Source of the DNA: Candidatus Arthromitus sp. SFB-rat-Yit
GTDB lineage: Bacteria > Bacillota > Clostridia > Clostridiales > Clostridiaceae
Length of the DNA stretch: 32,000 nucleotides
NCBI RefSeq assembly: GCF_000283555.1
Contig: NC_016012.1
Coordinates: 1,170,001-1,202,000 of the forward strand
Reading direction: 5' to 3'
Numbering within the stretch: the first letter of the stretch is position 1; each line of letters opens with the position of its first letter. The notes beneath the pieces are model-generated. The model was not told where the DNA came from and made no database searches. It worked only from the letters and a program-made list of their open reading frames with translations. This document shows, piece by piece, positions 18,818 to 27,637 of this stretch. The position numbers and the translations under genes were made by a program.

Positions 18818-19141
18818 TTAATTTTTATGCTTTATTCTATTAGGTTTTACTTTAGGTTTGTTCTTTACAACCTTAATATTTTTATTTTTAATTTTCTCAC
18901 GTTTAACATCAACAAAAAGGTCAACAGACCAAAGTATTAAAACCAAATATAACCATTGTATTATATACATAACAAAGGTTGGTACTTTTAAGAAAAGTGA
19001 AGCTACACAAATGATAATTCCTAAAATCAAAATTAACCATCTAAATTTATTAGCTCTAATATTTGATAATACAAATATTTTTAATAAATTATATGTAATT
19101 AAAGTAATTAAAACAAATAACAAAATACCTAAAAAATTCAT
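18818..19141 (-). CDS. Small membrane protein, 3 predicted TM helices and a Lys-rich C-terminal tail
   Basis: GGAGGAG lies 6 nt upstream of ATG 19141. There are three hydrophobic segments followed by the basic tail KREKIKNKNIKVVKNKPKVKPNRIKHKN. No family recognised. Confidence 0.6.
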   Translation of the reverse strand: MNFLGILLFVLITLITYNLLKIFVLSNIRANKFRWLILILGIIICVASLFLKVPTFVMYIIQWLYLVLILWSVDLFVDVKREKIKNKNIKVVKNKPKVKPNRIKHKN

Positions 19142-19190
19142 TTTATCTCCTCCTAAAATATATTTAATTCACAAAGGAAGTGGTAAAAAT

Positions 19191-19661
19191 TTGAACTCAC
19201 AAATTTTTAATAATCTAGATAAATTAGATTTGGACATACTTGATATACTCATCAAAGATTGTAAAACTCCATATCTTGAAATAGCTCGAATATGCCACGT
19301 AAGTGGAGGAACTATTCATGTTAGAATGAAAAAAATGGAAGATATGGGAATATTGCTCGGATATAATTTATCATTAGACCTAACAAAACTTGGATTTGAT
19401 ATATGTTGCTTCGTTGCTATATATACAGATAGTACTTCATATATTCCAGACGTAATAAACGATCTACAAAACATAAAAGAAATCACAGAACTCCATATAA
19501 CTACTGGAGATTTCGAAATACTAACAAAAGTAATTTGTAAAAATATTGAGCATTTACAAGACATGCTTATAAATAAAATCAACAAAATTAAAGGAATTAA
19601 CCGGACAAATACATTCATATCTTTAATTCAAAAAATTAATAGAAATGTAGCTCTAAATTAA
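19191..19661 (+). CDS. Lrp/AsnC family transcriptional regulator
   Basis: HTH region LDILDILIKDCKTPYLEIARICHVSGGTIHVRMKKMEDMGIL, followed by an RAM/ASNC-type C-terminal domain (ELHITTGDFEILTKV). Start is assigned to TTG 19191, preceded by AAAGGAAGTGG. The upstream 111 codons of track ORF 18858-19661 are the antisense shadow of the 18818-19141 gene. Confidence 0.8.
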   Translation: MNSQIFNNLDKLDLDILDILIKDCKTPYLEIARICHVSGGTIHVRMKKMEDMGILLGYNLSLDLTKLGFDICCFVAIYTDSTSYIPDVINDLQNIKEITELHITTGDFEILTKVICKNIEHLQDMLINKINKIKGINRTNTFISLIQKINRNVALN

Positions 19662-19688
19662 TATTCCCTAATCTTAATACTATATCAT

Positions 19689-19720
19689 AATTTACATTAA
19701 AAATATTTTTAATGTAAATT
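19689..19720 (+). terminator. 32-nt perfect palindrome, probable terminator after the Lrp gene
   Basis: AATTTACATTAAAAAT / ATTTTTAATGTAAATT is almost all A/T and is followed by ATTTAT. It lies 28 nt after the Lrp stop. Confidence 0.4.
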
Positions 19721-19730
19721 ATTTATAAAA

Positions 19731-19759
19731 CCAAATTAAAGATTAAATCTTTAATTTGG
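19731..19759 (-). terminator. Hairpin terminator of the plsC / PEPCK-like operon
   Basis: CCAAATTAAAGAT (19731-19743) and ATCTTTAATTTGG (19747-19759) form a 13-bp perfect stem with a 3-nt loop, followed on the minus strand by TTTTAT. The stem includes the last two codons and the stop of the 19751 gene. Confidence 0.5.
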
Positions 19760-21502
19760 CTTATTTTTTATTAGATCAAATAAATCTAATGCTGCATTTT
19801 TAGGTCCTTCTTTCTCCATACCATCTATGGCTAAACAAGTTTTTATTTCCCCAACTGCCACACCAAATTCAAACATCTTTTCAAAATATTTATCAAGCAA
19901 CACATCTGTTTCATTCTGTTTTTGCATAGGTCCAAACGGATTAGCAAAATAAGAAGATACTAAACCTTTTTCGTGTGTTGTTCCCTTTGCAAATCTGTTA
20001 CCATCCCTAAATATTTTTATTGCATCCTTTATTTTATCCCTACTGTATAATTTAATAGTGCCATCGTTTGCTCTCTCATAATTATTTGCATATAAAATAA
20101 AATCAATTTTATTTCCCATTATAATATCACGATAACTGGATACCGGCATAACAAGCCTTGCATTAGTTTTATCTGGATTCATAAATATACTTCTATCTAT
20201 CTCCTTAAATGCATATCCCTGATCTAAGTCATCAAGTCTTACAAAAGCCCCTATTTCAGTACCATAACCATAAATTCCATCCTGAGCAATTTTTAAAACC
20301 CCCATATCATCAAAGATTACCGTCATATCCGAAATATACTCTTCTCCAAAACTTCTAAAAGCCTCAAGTGACTCTGACTTCCCAGCACCTGAATCTCCAA
20401 CGATCACAATATTTGATGAAGTTCCATTCTTTAAAGTTATTGAAACCATAGCTCCATGAATTGGTAAATATCCCCTTTTAATCATAACCAAATTATGAAG
20501 TGTTAAAGTCATCTTTTTTAAATATCCAAAATAATCTACATCCTTGCTATAAGTAACAAGTCCTACTAATAAATTATTTTCTATATCATCATAGAAAACT
20601 GTTTTATACTCATTATTTCTATCACTTAAATCTTCAGCTCCATAAACATACATTATATCAGGATTCCTTCCAACATACTCATCCCTACTTGCCATTTCAA
20701 ACAAATTAGATAATGCTATGCCATTAGCCATAAAATCTTTATGAAAATAAATAAATGCTAAGAGTTCTCCAACTTTCGCGGGATAACAAAACCAATTCTC
20801 ATCATCTATTTCACAATTTTTAAGTGGATTTTCAAATACCTCTGTAAAAGATCCACTTCTTGTATTTTTAGTTGGATATGAAATAAATGGAGTCTCTAAT
20901 GAAATCGTATCTATAAATTTTATATTTTCAACTAATTCATAATTTTTCAATTTCCAACTATACTCGTTCAATACAATTGATGCATTATTGCCAGACTTCA
21001 ATTGTCTATAAACAAGTGGTACCTTCGCTGTAACAGAATTCTTTATTTTACGGTAAAGTTGCATTATTAAGTTTGTAAATTTTGAATTCGCATCAACAAA
21101 TCCTAATTTTATAATTCCATCTCCAACGGACATTTGAGTAAGTATTGTATATCTCTCAAGTTTTATCCAATAAGAATAAAAATCTTCTATAAAATTATCA
21201 AAACTATATTTATCCTCAAGTATATAATAATACCTAACTTTCATATTGATAACTTCTTCTCTATCAAATATAGTCAAAAGTTCCAATATCTTTATAAGTG
21301 ACATGATAAATTCATCTAAATCCTCTATTCCTCTTAAAAAATACTTATATACACTATCTCTTCTAGATATTTTCTTATTTAAATAATGCACAAGCACATT
21401 TTTAAATCCATTACTCTCAAGCACATCTTCAAAAGTACTACAATATTTTTTAGTAAAATTCATCATAACCTTATCATTGCTTATAGAAAATTCCTTAATC
21501 AT
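19751..21502 (-). CDS. Divergent PEPCK/HprK-superfamily P-loop (kinase-like) protein, function unknown
   Basis: The C-terminal half carries YFGYLKK ... LPIHGAMVS ... NIVIVGDSGAGKSESLEAF ... VIFDDMGV. This parallels ATP-PEPCK (Y-x-G-E-M-K-K, H, GLSGTGKTT, IGDDEH) and HprK (GDSGxGKSE ... ADD). The N-terminal ~340 aa is unrecognised. Start is ATG 21502 (GGGGG SD 8 nt upstream); alternative ATG 21517 lies 7 nt after the plsC stop. Confidence 0.6.
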   Translation of the reverse strand: MIKEFSISNDKVMMNFTKKYCSTFEDVLESNGFKNVLVHYLNKKISRRDSVYKYFLRGIEDLDEFIMSLIKILELLTIFDREEVINMKVRYYYILEDKYSFDNFIEDFYSYWIKLERYTILTQMSVGDGIIKLGFVDANSKFTNLIMQLYRKIKNSVTAKVPLVYRQLKSGNNASIVLNEYSWKLKNYELVENIKFIDTISLETPFISYPTKNTRSGSFTEVFENPLKNCEIDDENWFCYPAKVGELLAFIYFHKDFMANGIALSNLFEMASRDEYVGRNPDIMYVYGAEDLSDRNNEYKTVFYDDIENNLLVGLVTYSKDVDYFGYLKKMTLTLHNLVMIKRGYLPIHGAMVSITLKNGTSSNIVIVGDSGAGKSESLEAFRSFGEEYISDMTVIFDDMGVLKIAQDGIYGYGTEIGAFVRLDDLDQGYAFKEIDRSIFMNPDKTNARLVMPVSSYRDIIMGNKIDFILYANNYERANDGTIKLYSRDKIKDAIKIFRDGNRFAKGTTHEKGLVSSYFANPFGPMQKQNETDVLLDKYFEKMFEFGVAVGEIKTCLAIDGMEKEGPKNAALDLFDLIKNKPN

Positions 21503-21524
21503 AATAATTTCCCCCATATAAAAT

Positions 21525-22250
21525 TTATTTTAACTGCTTGTATACCTCATTCATTCTGTCATGAACTATAACATGTAAATTTTTAATTTCTTCAGAACTT
21601 AAAGTTTTTAAATCTATAGGGTCTAATATACGAACTTTTATTTTCCCATCTCTAATTTTGTTATTATTATTTTCATAAACATCCCTAGTCCCATATAAAA
21701 CCATGGGAAGAATTTTAACTCCTGATTTCAAAGCAAGTTTAAAACTACCTTTTTTAAACTCCTCAATTTGTCCTGTATCATTTCTCTTTCCTTCTGGAAA
21801 AACACACATACTAATTCCACTTTTTAATTCTTCAATTCCTTTATTCAACTCAATTATAGAAGCTCTAGCATCATTTCTATCAATAAAGATAGATCCTGCA
21901 ACTCTCATCCATTCACTAAATGCCATAACATTTGATAATTCAATTTTTGAAACAAAGGAAGTAATTTTAGGAAATGCCTTTATTACAGTTGCAATATCTG
22001 CTAATCCCAAATGATTTGCAACAATTAAATAAGTTTCATCCAGATCAACTTTTTCTTGTCCAGTAATATCAAAATCTATATTAACACTCTTACAAAATAC
22101 ATCTGCAAATAGATTATAGGATCTTTCAAATAATTTCGTGAACTTTTCTCTATCATTATTTTTTTTAGCTTTTTTAAACGCCTTTAAATTTACACTTATA
22201 TAAATATAAAATTTCGCAAAATTCATCCAATAACAAAGTGTTTTATACAA
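21525..22250 (-). CDS. plsC: 1-acyl-sn-glycerol-3-phosphate acyltransferase
   Basis: Acyltransferase motif I is ANHLGLADI (H-x4-D) and motif III is FPEGKRN. An N-terminal hydrophobic anchor is present. TTG start at 22250 with GGAGG 7 nt upstream. Confidence 0.8.
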   Translation of the reverse strand: MYKTLCYWMNFAKFYIYISVNLKAFKKAKKNNDREKFTKLFERSYNLFADVFCKSVNIDFDITGQEKVDLDETYLIVANHLGLADIATVIKAFPKITSFVSKIELSNVMAFSEWMRVAGSIFIDRNDARASIIELNKGIEELKSGISMCVFPEGKRNDTGQIEEFKKGSFKLALKSGVKILPMVLYGTRDVYENNNNKIRDGKIKVRILDPIDLKTLSSEEIKNLHVIVHDRMNEVYKQLK

Positions 22251-22412
22251 GCTTTATCCTCCATATCTTCTGAAAAAAATATCTATTTTTATATTATATT
22301 AATTGTATATTAAATTTTACAAGTGATTTTTTATTTTGTTTCTTAATGAATAATTTAGTATAAAATATGAAAAAACTCTTAAAAATATGCTAAATATATG
22401 CGAGGTAACATT

Positions 22413-23249
22413 ATGAAAAAAATAAGAAAAATTTTTTTACTTATATTTTTCTTTTTTCTTATTTCATGTTCAAATAAAAATACAAAAGATTTATTTAATA
22501 TCATATTCTTTGATGTTAATCAAGGAGATTCAAGCTTAATTTCCTATAACAATATATCAATCTTAATTGATACAGGTGAAAAAGAATTTATTGATAATGT
22601 TATAAATACTATAAAATCTAGAAACATCAAAACACTCGATTATGTAATACTCACACATGATCATTCAGATCATTCGTCTGGATTCCCCGAGATTTATAAA
22701 AATTTCAAAGTAAACAATGTCATTTTACCCGGTATTTTTAAAAATGATACTTTCAATGAAGTTAAATCCTTAATAAAGAATTCAAAAACTAAACTACTCT
22801 ATATAGATAAACCTTCAATATTAAATTTAAAAAATGATTTTAAACTCAAATTCCTGTGTGATTTTTCTAATCCTGTTGAGGAATTTAACGATTCATCTCT
22901 TGTATTTCAGGCTTCAGTTAAAGATTTTGATGTTTTATATACAGGTGATATTGAAGAGGATAAACAAATCGAACTTTTAGATATGAATATAAAAAGTGAA
23001 ATATTAAAGGTGCCTCATCATGGTGCTTATAACAATGATAAAAACAATGTCAAAAAATTTATTGAAAAAGTCAATCCATATATATCTGTCATTAGTGTTG
23101 GAAATAATTCATATGGACATCCTAACAAAAACACTTTAAATATTTTAAACGATGTAAATTCAAAAATATTAAGGACAGATCAACTCGGAAATATTATTAT
23201 AAGCTGTGATATGAAAAATAATACACTAACTATAAACTCAATTATTTAG
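22413..23249 (+). CDS. ComEC-C-terminal-type metallo-beta-lactamase-fold hydrolase, lipoprotein
   Basis: Signal peptide plus lipobox MKKIRKIFLLIFFFFLISC-SN. The MBL motif is LTHDHSDHSSG (HxHxDH), with later VPHHG and YGHP. Start ATG 22413 has GAGGT 8 nt upstream. Confidence 0.7.
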   Translation: MKKIRKIFLLIFFFFLISCSNKNTKDLFNIIFFDVNQGDSSLISYNNISILIDTGEKEFIDNVINTIKSRNIKTLDYVILTHDHSDHSSGFPEIYKNFKVNNVILPGIFKNDTFNEVKSLIKNSKTKLLYIDKPSILNLKNDFKLKFLCDFSNPVEEFNDSSLVFQASVKDFDVLYTGDIEEDKQIELLDMNIKSEILKVPHHGAYNNDKNNVKKFIEKVNPYISVISVGNNSYGHPNKNTLNILNDVNSKILRTDQLGNIIISCDMKNNTLTINSII

Positions 23250-23312
23250 TATTTAATGATTTATTTTTTTTGTGTATAATTTCTATATAAAATTTTATGG
23301 AGGTAATGCTAT

Positions 23313-24752
23313 ATGGTGGTAAGAACACGTTTTGCTCCAAGTCCAACTGGATACATGCACATTGGAAATCTCAGGACTGCTTTATATACATATTTAATTG
23401 CTAAAAAAGAGAACGGTAAATTTATTTTAAGGATTGAAGATACAGATACAGAAAGATTTGTTGAAGGTGCAGTAGAAATAATTTTTAACGTTTTAAAAGA
23501 CACCCATCTTAATTATGACGAAGGTCCTAATGTACCTGGTAATTATGGTCCTTACATACAAAGTGAACGCAAACATATATACGAAGAATATGCTGAAAAA
23601 TTAGTTAAAAATGGTCATGCTTATTACTGTTTTTGTACAAACGAAAGGTTATCAAAATTGAGGGAAGAATCTAATAAGAAAAATGAAGTATTTAAATATG
23701 ATAAACATTGTCTTAATTTAACTCCTGAAGAAATCAAAGAAAATTTAGCCAAAAATATACCTTATGTAATAAGACAAAATAACCCAATCGAAGGTACTAC
23801 TAAATTCAATGATATTTTATACGGTGAAATAAGTGTTCCAAACTATGAACTTGAAGATATGATACTTCTTAAAACTGATAAAATGCCAACATATAATTTT
23901 GCAAATGTAATTGACGATCACTTAATGAAAATTACACATATAGTTAGAGGTAAAGAGTATCTTTCATCTGCTCCTAAATACCAAAGACTTTATGAAGCTT
24001 TTTCTTGGGAAGTTCCAACTTACATACATTGCCCTCATATTATGAAAAATGAAACAGAAAAGCTCTCAAAAAGAAATGGAGATGCTTCATATAATGATCT
24101 AATAGATAAGGGATATTTGAGCGAAGCAATAATAAATTATATAGCTCTACTTGGTTGGAGTCCTGAAAATAATGAAGAGTTTTTCACTCTAGATGAACTT
24201 ATAAAAAATTTCAATTATAAAAACATTTCAAAATCTTCATCGATATTTGATATTAAAAAACTTACTTGGATGAATTCTGAGTACATCAAAAAAATGGATA
24301 AAGACAAATTTTACAATATCTCAAATAAGTACTTGGGAAATCTTCCTTCACAAATAGATAAAAAACTATTATGTGAAATGATACAAAATAGGATAGAAAT
24401 ATTATCACAAATTCCTGAAATAATAGACTTTTTAATAAATCTCCCTAATTATGATTTAAGTATATTTGAACATAAAAAAATGAAAACTACAATCGAATCA
24501 TCTAAAGAAATTTTAATAGATGTACTTCCTATTTTTCAAAATACAAATGATTACTCAATAGAGAATTTAAATTCACTTATAAATAAATATATAAAAGATA
24601 ATTCATATAAAAATGGATTTGTGTTATGGCCAATAAGATGTGCCTTATCTGGTAAAAATTCAAGTCCTGGTGGTGCAGTTGAACTTGCACATTTACTTAA
24701 AAAGAAAGAAACATTAATCAGATTAGAAACTGCAATAAATAAATTATGTTAA
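23313..24752 (+). CDS. gltX: Glutamyl-tRNA synthetase
   Basis: N-terminus [23 protein letters not shown] carries the class I HIGH variant HIGN. The KMSKS variant is KLSKRNG. Length is 479 aa. GGAGGT lies 8 nt upstream of the ATG. Confidence 0.9.
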   Translation: MVVRTRFAPSPTGYMHIGNLRTALYTYLIAKKENGKFILRIEDTDTERFVEGAVEIIFNVLKDTHLNYDEGPNVPGNYGPYIQSERKHIYEEYAEKLVKNGHAYYCFCTNERLSKLREESNKKNEVFKYDKHCLNLTPEEIKENLAKNIPYVIRQNNPIEGTTKFNDILYGEISVPNYELEDMILLKTDKMPTYNFANVIDDHLMKITHIVRGKEYLSSAPKYQRLYEAFSWEVPTYIHCPHIMKNETEKLSKRNGDASYNDLIDKGYLSEAIINYIALLGWSPENNEEFFTLDELIKNFNYKNISKSSSIFDIKKLTWMNSEYIKKMDKDKFYNISNKYLGNLPSQIDKKLLCEMIQNRIEILSQIPEIIDFLINLPNYDLSIFEHKKMKTTIESSKEILIDVLPIFQNTNDYSIENLNSLINKYIKDNSYKNGFVLWPIRCALSGKNSSPGGAVELAHLLKKKETLIRLETAINKLC

Positions 24753-24760
24753 AAATTAAT

Positions 24761-24794
24761 AGGACTTACAAATCATCTTGTAAGTCCTCTTTTA
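24761..24794. terminator. Strong hairpin terminator shared by convergent gltX and the 24766 gene
   Basis: AGGACTTACAA (24761-24771) and TTGTAAGTCCT (24778-24788) form an 11-bp perfect stem with a 6-nt loop. It is followed by CTTTT on plus and ATTAATTTTT on minus. It lies 9 nt after the gltX stop, inside the last codons of the minus-strand gene. Confidence 0.7.
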
Positions 24795-25458
24795 GATTTA
24801 AAATATATTTTTCAATATTTCTCCACCTAATATATATATAAAATAAATTAACTACATCATCTAAATTATAATTCAATATCTTCTTAACCTTATCTTCAGG
24901 TATTCTATTTATATAATCGTGATCTTTAACAATTTTTGCAAACGTTTTAGCAATAGTAACTCCGCTCATAAGCTCATTTTTCCTATCAATTCCCGCTATC
25001 TTTTCCAAATTTTTAAGACCTATATTATCTTTGTTCTTAGAAATTTTAGAAAATTCTTTCTGAAGATCAATCTCTTCAAAATAATTTTTTATATAAAAGT
25101 CTACATTATATTGATTGAACAAATAATTTATAACGGTAAAATCATTATTCCCTGAAAACGTTACAATATATTTCTTATTAAGCTCCGAATACATCTTTTT
25201 AAAATAATCTTTAGCTAGCAAAAGCAAAGTATGTATTTCATATTTGTTTTCTATCATGTACTGAGTAACCTTCAATTTATTTAAATTATCATCATAATAG
25301 CAACATCCAAAAACTCCTATACAAATAGGTTTCTTATATACATAGTGTTCTAAGTCAAAATAAATAGCATGTTTGTAAACTTCAACATCCACACTTCCAT
25401 TCAAAACACTACCTACATCAAATTCCTCAACATTGCAATACTGCTCCAATATTCTCAT
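24766..25458 (-). CDS. RNase H-like / DnaQ-fold (DEDDy-type) predicted exonuclease, YprB-like
   Basis: The 230-aa product has AIYFDLEHY (D-x-E), TFSGNNDFTVINYL (N-x-x-D) and a C-terminal ILNYNLDDVVNL (Y-x3-D). Their spacing resembles RNase_H_2/YprB-type domains as I recall them. Moderate confidence only. Confidence 0.5.
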   Translation of the reverse strand: MRILEQYCNVEEFDVGSVLNGSVDVEVYKHAIYFDLEHYVYKKPICIGVFGCCYYDDNLNKLKVTQYMIENKYEIHTLLLLAKDYFKKMYSELNKKYIVTFSGNNDFTVINYLFNQYNVDFYIKNYFEEIDLQKEFSKISKNKDNIGLKNLEKIAGIDRKNELMSGVTIAKTFAKIVKDHDYINRIPEDKVKKILNYNLDDVVNLFYIYIRWRNIEKYILNLKEDLQDDL

Positions 25459-25559
25459 AAAAATTACCGCTCATTTCTCTTCACAGATTACCTTTACTAT
25501 TATAAAATTAAGATAATAATAAAACAATATAAATTTAAAAATATTTAATTTGTATTATA

Positions 25560-25588
25560 TTTACATTTTAAAAATATACTTGTATATT
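25560..25588 (+). promoter_or_regulatory. Candidate sigma-70-type promoter for feoAB
   Basis: TTTACA (25560-25565), a 17-nt spacer, then TATATT (25583-25588), about 40 nt upstream of the feoA ATG. The feoA SD is GAGGTG at about 25614. The AT-rich context lowers specificity. Confidence 0.3.
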
Positions 25589-25628
25589 ATAAAACTTTTT
25601 TATTTTATTTATACGAGGTGTTTGTTGT

Positions 25629-25865
25629 ATGAAAAATTTTAATAAAATATCAATTAATGAATCATATAAAGTTGAAGATATAATATGTACAACATCCATA
25701 AAAAAACGTCTTAATTCACTTGGTATATTAAAAAACTCTTCAATATCTATATATAAAAAAATCCCCTTAGGTGGACCTATAATAATTAATGTTAATGGAT
25801 GCAATATAGCACTTGAAAAAAAAATATTCGATACTCTAATACTTAATAAAGCTACAGGGGAATAA
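25629..25865 (+). CDS. feoA: Ferrous iron transport protein A
   Basis: 78-aa SH3-like FeoA pattern: L..L..G....V..I.......RL..LGI..G..I......P.GGPI.I...G..IAL. It ends 4 nt before feoB. Confidence 0.85.
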   Translation: MKNFNKISINESYKVEDIICTTSIKKRLNSLGILKNSSISIYKKIPLGGPIIINVNGCNIALEKKIFDTLILNKATGE

Positions 25866-25869
25866 CATT

Positions 25870-27633
25870 ATGAGATACGCTCTAATTGGAAATCCAAACG
25901 TTGGTAAGACTACTATATTTAATATACTAACAGGATCAAACCAAAAGGTTGGTAACTATCCAGGTGTTACAGTACAAAAAAAGGTTGGTAAAATAACTAA
26001 TAACATAGAATTAATAGATCTTCCTGGTATTTATTCCTTGGATTCCATTTCTATCGAAGAAAGAATATCACTTGAATATCTCCAAAATAAAAATCCAGAT
26101 TTAATTATAAATGTTCTCGATTCATCAAATCTTTATAGAAATTTATTCTTAACGCTTCAATTGATAAATTTTAATATACCTATGGTGTTAGTACTTAACA
26201 TGATAGATGTAGCTGAAAAAAATAATATAAAAATACATACAAATAAACTATCTACATACTTAAACTGCAAGGTATTTACTGTTAATGGAAATAAGAAAAA
26301 TACCATATCATCTATTGAAAATTTCATTAAAAACTATGAACCAATAGATATTCAAAAAAGCAAAGTTGATAAATCTAAATCATCTAATGAAATTTATGAA
26401 GAGATAAATTCAATTTTAAAATTATGTGTAAAAACCAGTAAATCTAAAAATAAAAACAAATCCAAATATGTAGATAACATTGTTTTAAATAAATACTTAT
26501 CATTTCCAATACTAATAATAATCTTCTATTTAATATTTAAAATAACCTTCTCTTGGGTTGGAGGACCCATGTCCGATATATTGTCTAATTTAATATCAAA
26601 TAAATTTGTACCAATAATCGAAAACCTATTATCGCATTCATCACCTATAATTAAATCATTTATACTAGATGGCATTATAAATGCAGTTTCTACTATTATT
26701 TCATTCTTACCACTGATATTATCTATGTTTATATGTTTAACATTTTTAGATAATTGTGGATACATAGCTAGATCTTCCGTTTTACTAAATAGGTTTATGA
26801 ATATGTTCGGACTATCCGGAAAGGCATTTTTCCCTTTGCTTATGAGTTTTGGATGTACCGTTCCTGCTATAATGGCAACACGTACATTCGAAAATGACAA
26901 TGATAGAAAAATATCTATATTCTTATTGCCACTTATGAGTTGTAGTGCGAGATTACCCGTTTTCTTACTATTCACAAACATATTTTTTAAAAATCATAAA
27001 GAAATCGTACTATTATTTCTATATGCATTAAGCATAATTCTCGCTGTAATTATCGGAATTATAATGAACAAATTTTCCAAAACAGATAATTTAGAAAAAT
27101 CTTTCATCTTAGAGCTACCAGACTACAAACTTCCTTCGTTATCATATATTTTAAAAGAATCCTTAAACAAAATATCCTCGTTTTTCAAAAAAATAGGCAC
27201 ACTTATATTATCAATCTCAATAGTAATTTGGTTTTTATCTAATTTTAATATATACGGATTTTGCTCTATTGAAGATAGCTTTTTATACTCTATAGGTTCA
27301 TATATTTCAAAAATATTTGTTCCATTGGGATTTGGTTTTTGGCAAGCAGGCGTGTCTTTAATAGCTGGACTTATGGCAAAAGAATTTATAATAAGTTCTA
27401 TGGGAGTTACATTTGGAGCAAATTTAACTCAAATAATTCCAACATTTTTCACTTCACATTCATCAATATCTTTTTTGGTTTTTGTATTGTTATATACACC
27501 TTGTATATCTGTATTGTCTACAGTTAAACATGAATATGGAATTAAATTTACACTTATATTAACGGTATATCAATTATTATTAGCATATTCCGTATCTTTT
27601 TTAGTGTTTAATATTACAAATTTATTATGGTGA
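25870..27633 (+). CDS. feoB: Ferrous iron transporter B (GTPase-permease)
   Basis: G-domain motifs are G1 GNPNVGKTT, G3 DLPG and G4 NMID. They are followed by a polytopic permease domain containing the gate motifs. Confidence 0.9.
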   Translation: MRYALIGNPNVGKTTIFNILTGSNQKVGNYPGVTVQKKVGKITNNIELIDLPGIYSLDSISIEERISLEYLQNKNPDLIINVLDSSNLYRNLFLTLQLINFNIPMVLVLNMIDVAEKNNIKIHTNKLSTYLNCKVFTVNGNKKNTISSIENFIKNYEPIDIQKSKVDKSKSSNEIYEEINSILKLCVKTSKSKNKNKSKYVDNIVLNKYLSFPILIIIFYLIFKITFSWVGGPMSDILSNLISNKFVPIIENLLSHSSPIIKSFILDGIINAVSTIISFLPLILSMFICLTFLDNCGYIARSSVLLNRFMNMFGLSGKAFFPLLMSFGCTVPAIMATRTFENDNDRKISIFLLPLMSCSARLPVFLLFTNIFFKNHKEIVLLFLYALSIILAVIIGIIMNKFSKTDNLEKSFILELPDYKLPSLSYILKESLNKISSFFKKIGTLILSISIVIWFLSNFNIYGFCSIEDSFLYSIGSYISKIFVPLGFGFWQAGVSLIAGLMAKEFIISSMGVTFGANLTQIIPTFFTSHSSISFLVFVLLYTPCISVLSTVKHEYGIKFTLILTVYQLLLAYSVSFLVFNITNLLW

Positions 27634-27637
27634 TATA

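Noticed and set aside
18858-19190. N-terminal 111 codons of track ORF 18858-19661, which would make a 267-aa Lrp fusion
   Set aside because: This part is the antisense shadow of the SD-supported 107-aa membrane gene. The Lrp HTH domain begins just after an SD-preceded TTG at 19191, giving a normal ~156-aa Lrp/AsnC protein.
23250-23312. T-box leader or other riboswitch upstream of gltX; a similar question applies to the aro operon and a B12 riboswitch for nrdJ
   Set aside because: The spacers (62 bp, and 167 bp shared by two divergent genes) are too short for T-box or cobalamin riboswitch architectures. No specifier or antiterminator-like helices were seen.
25512-25530. Possible Fur box GATAATAATAAAACAATAT upstream of feoA
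   Set aside because: Only about 10 of 19 positions match the GATAATGATAATCATTATC consensus. The match lacks dyad symmetry and is expected by chance in this AT-rich spacer.
26526-26981. 151-aa minus-strand ORF inside feoB. Similar antisense or off-frame track ORFs occur at 5311, 6123, 8291, 9893, 10910, 12538, 12665, 13361, 13939, 15787, 16479, 16939, 19316, 21386, 21703, 23309, 24919, 25568, 27339, 29938 and 30065
   Set aside because: Each is fully embedded in, or opposite to, a CDS with strong family motifs. None has a convincing SD or a recognisable product. They are treated as shadow ORFs.
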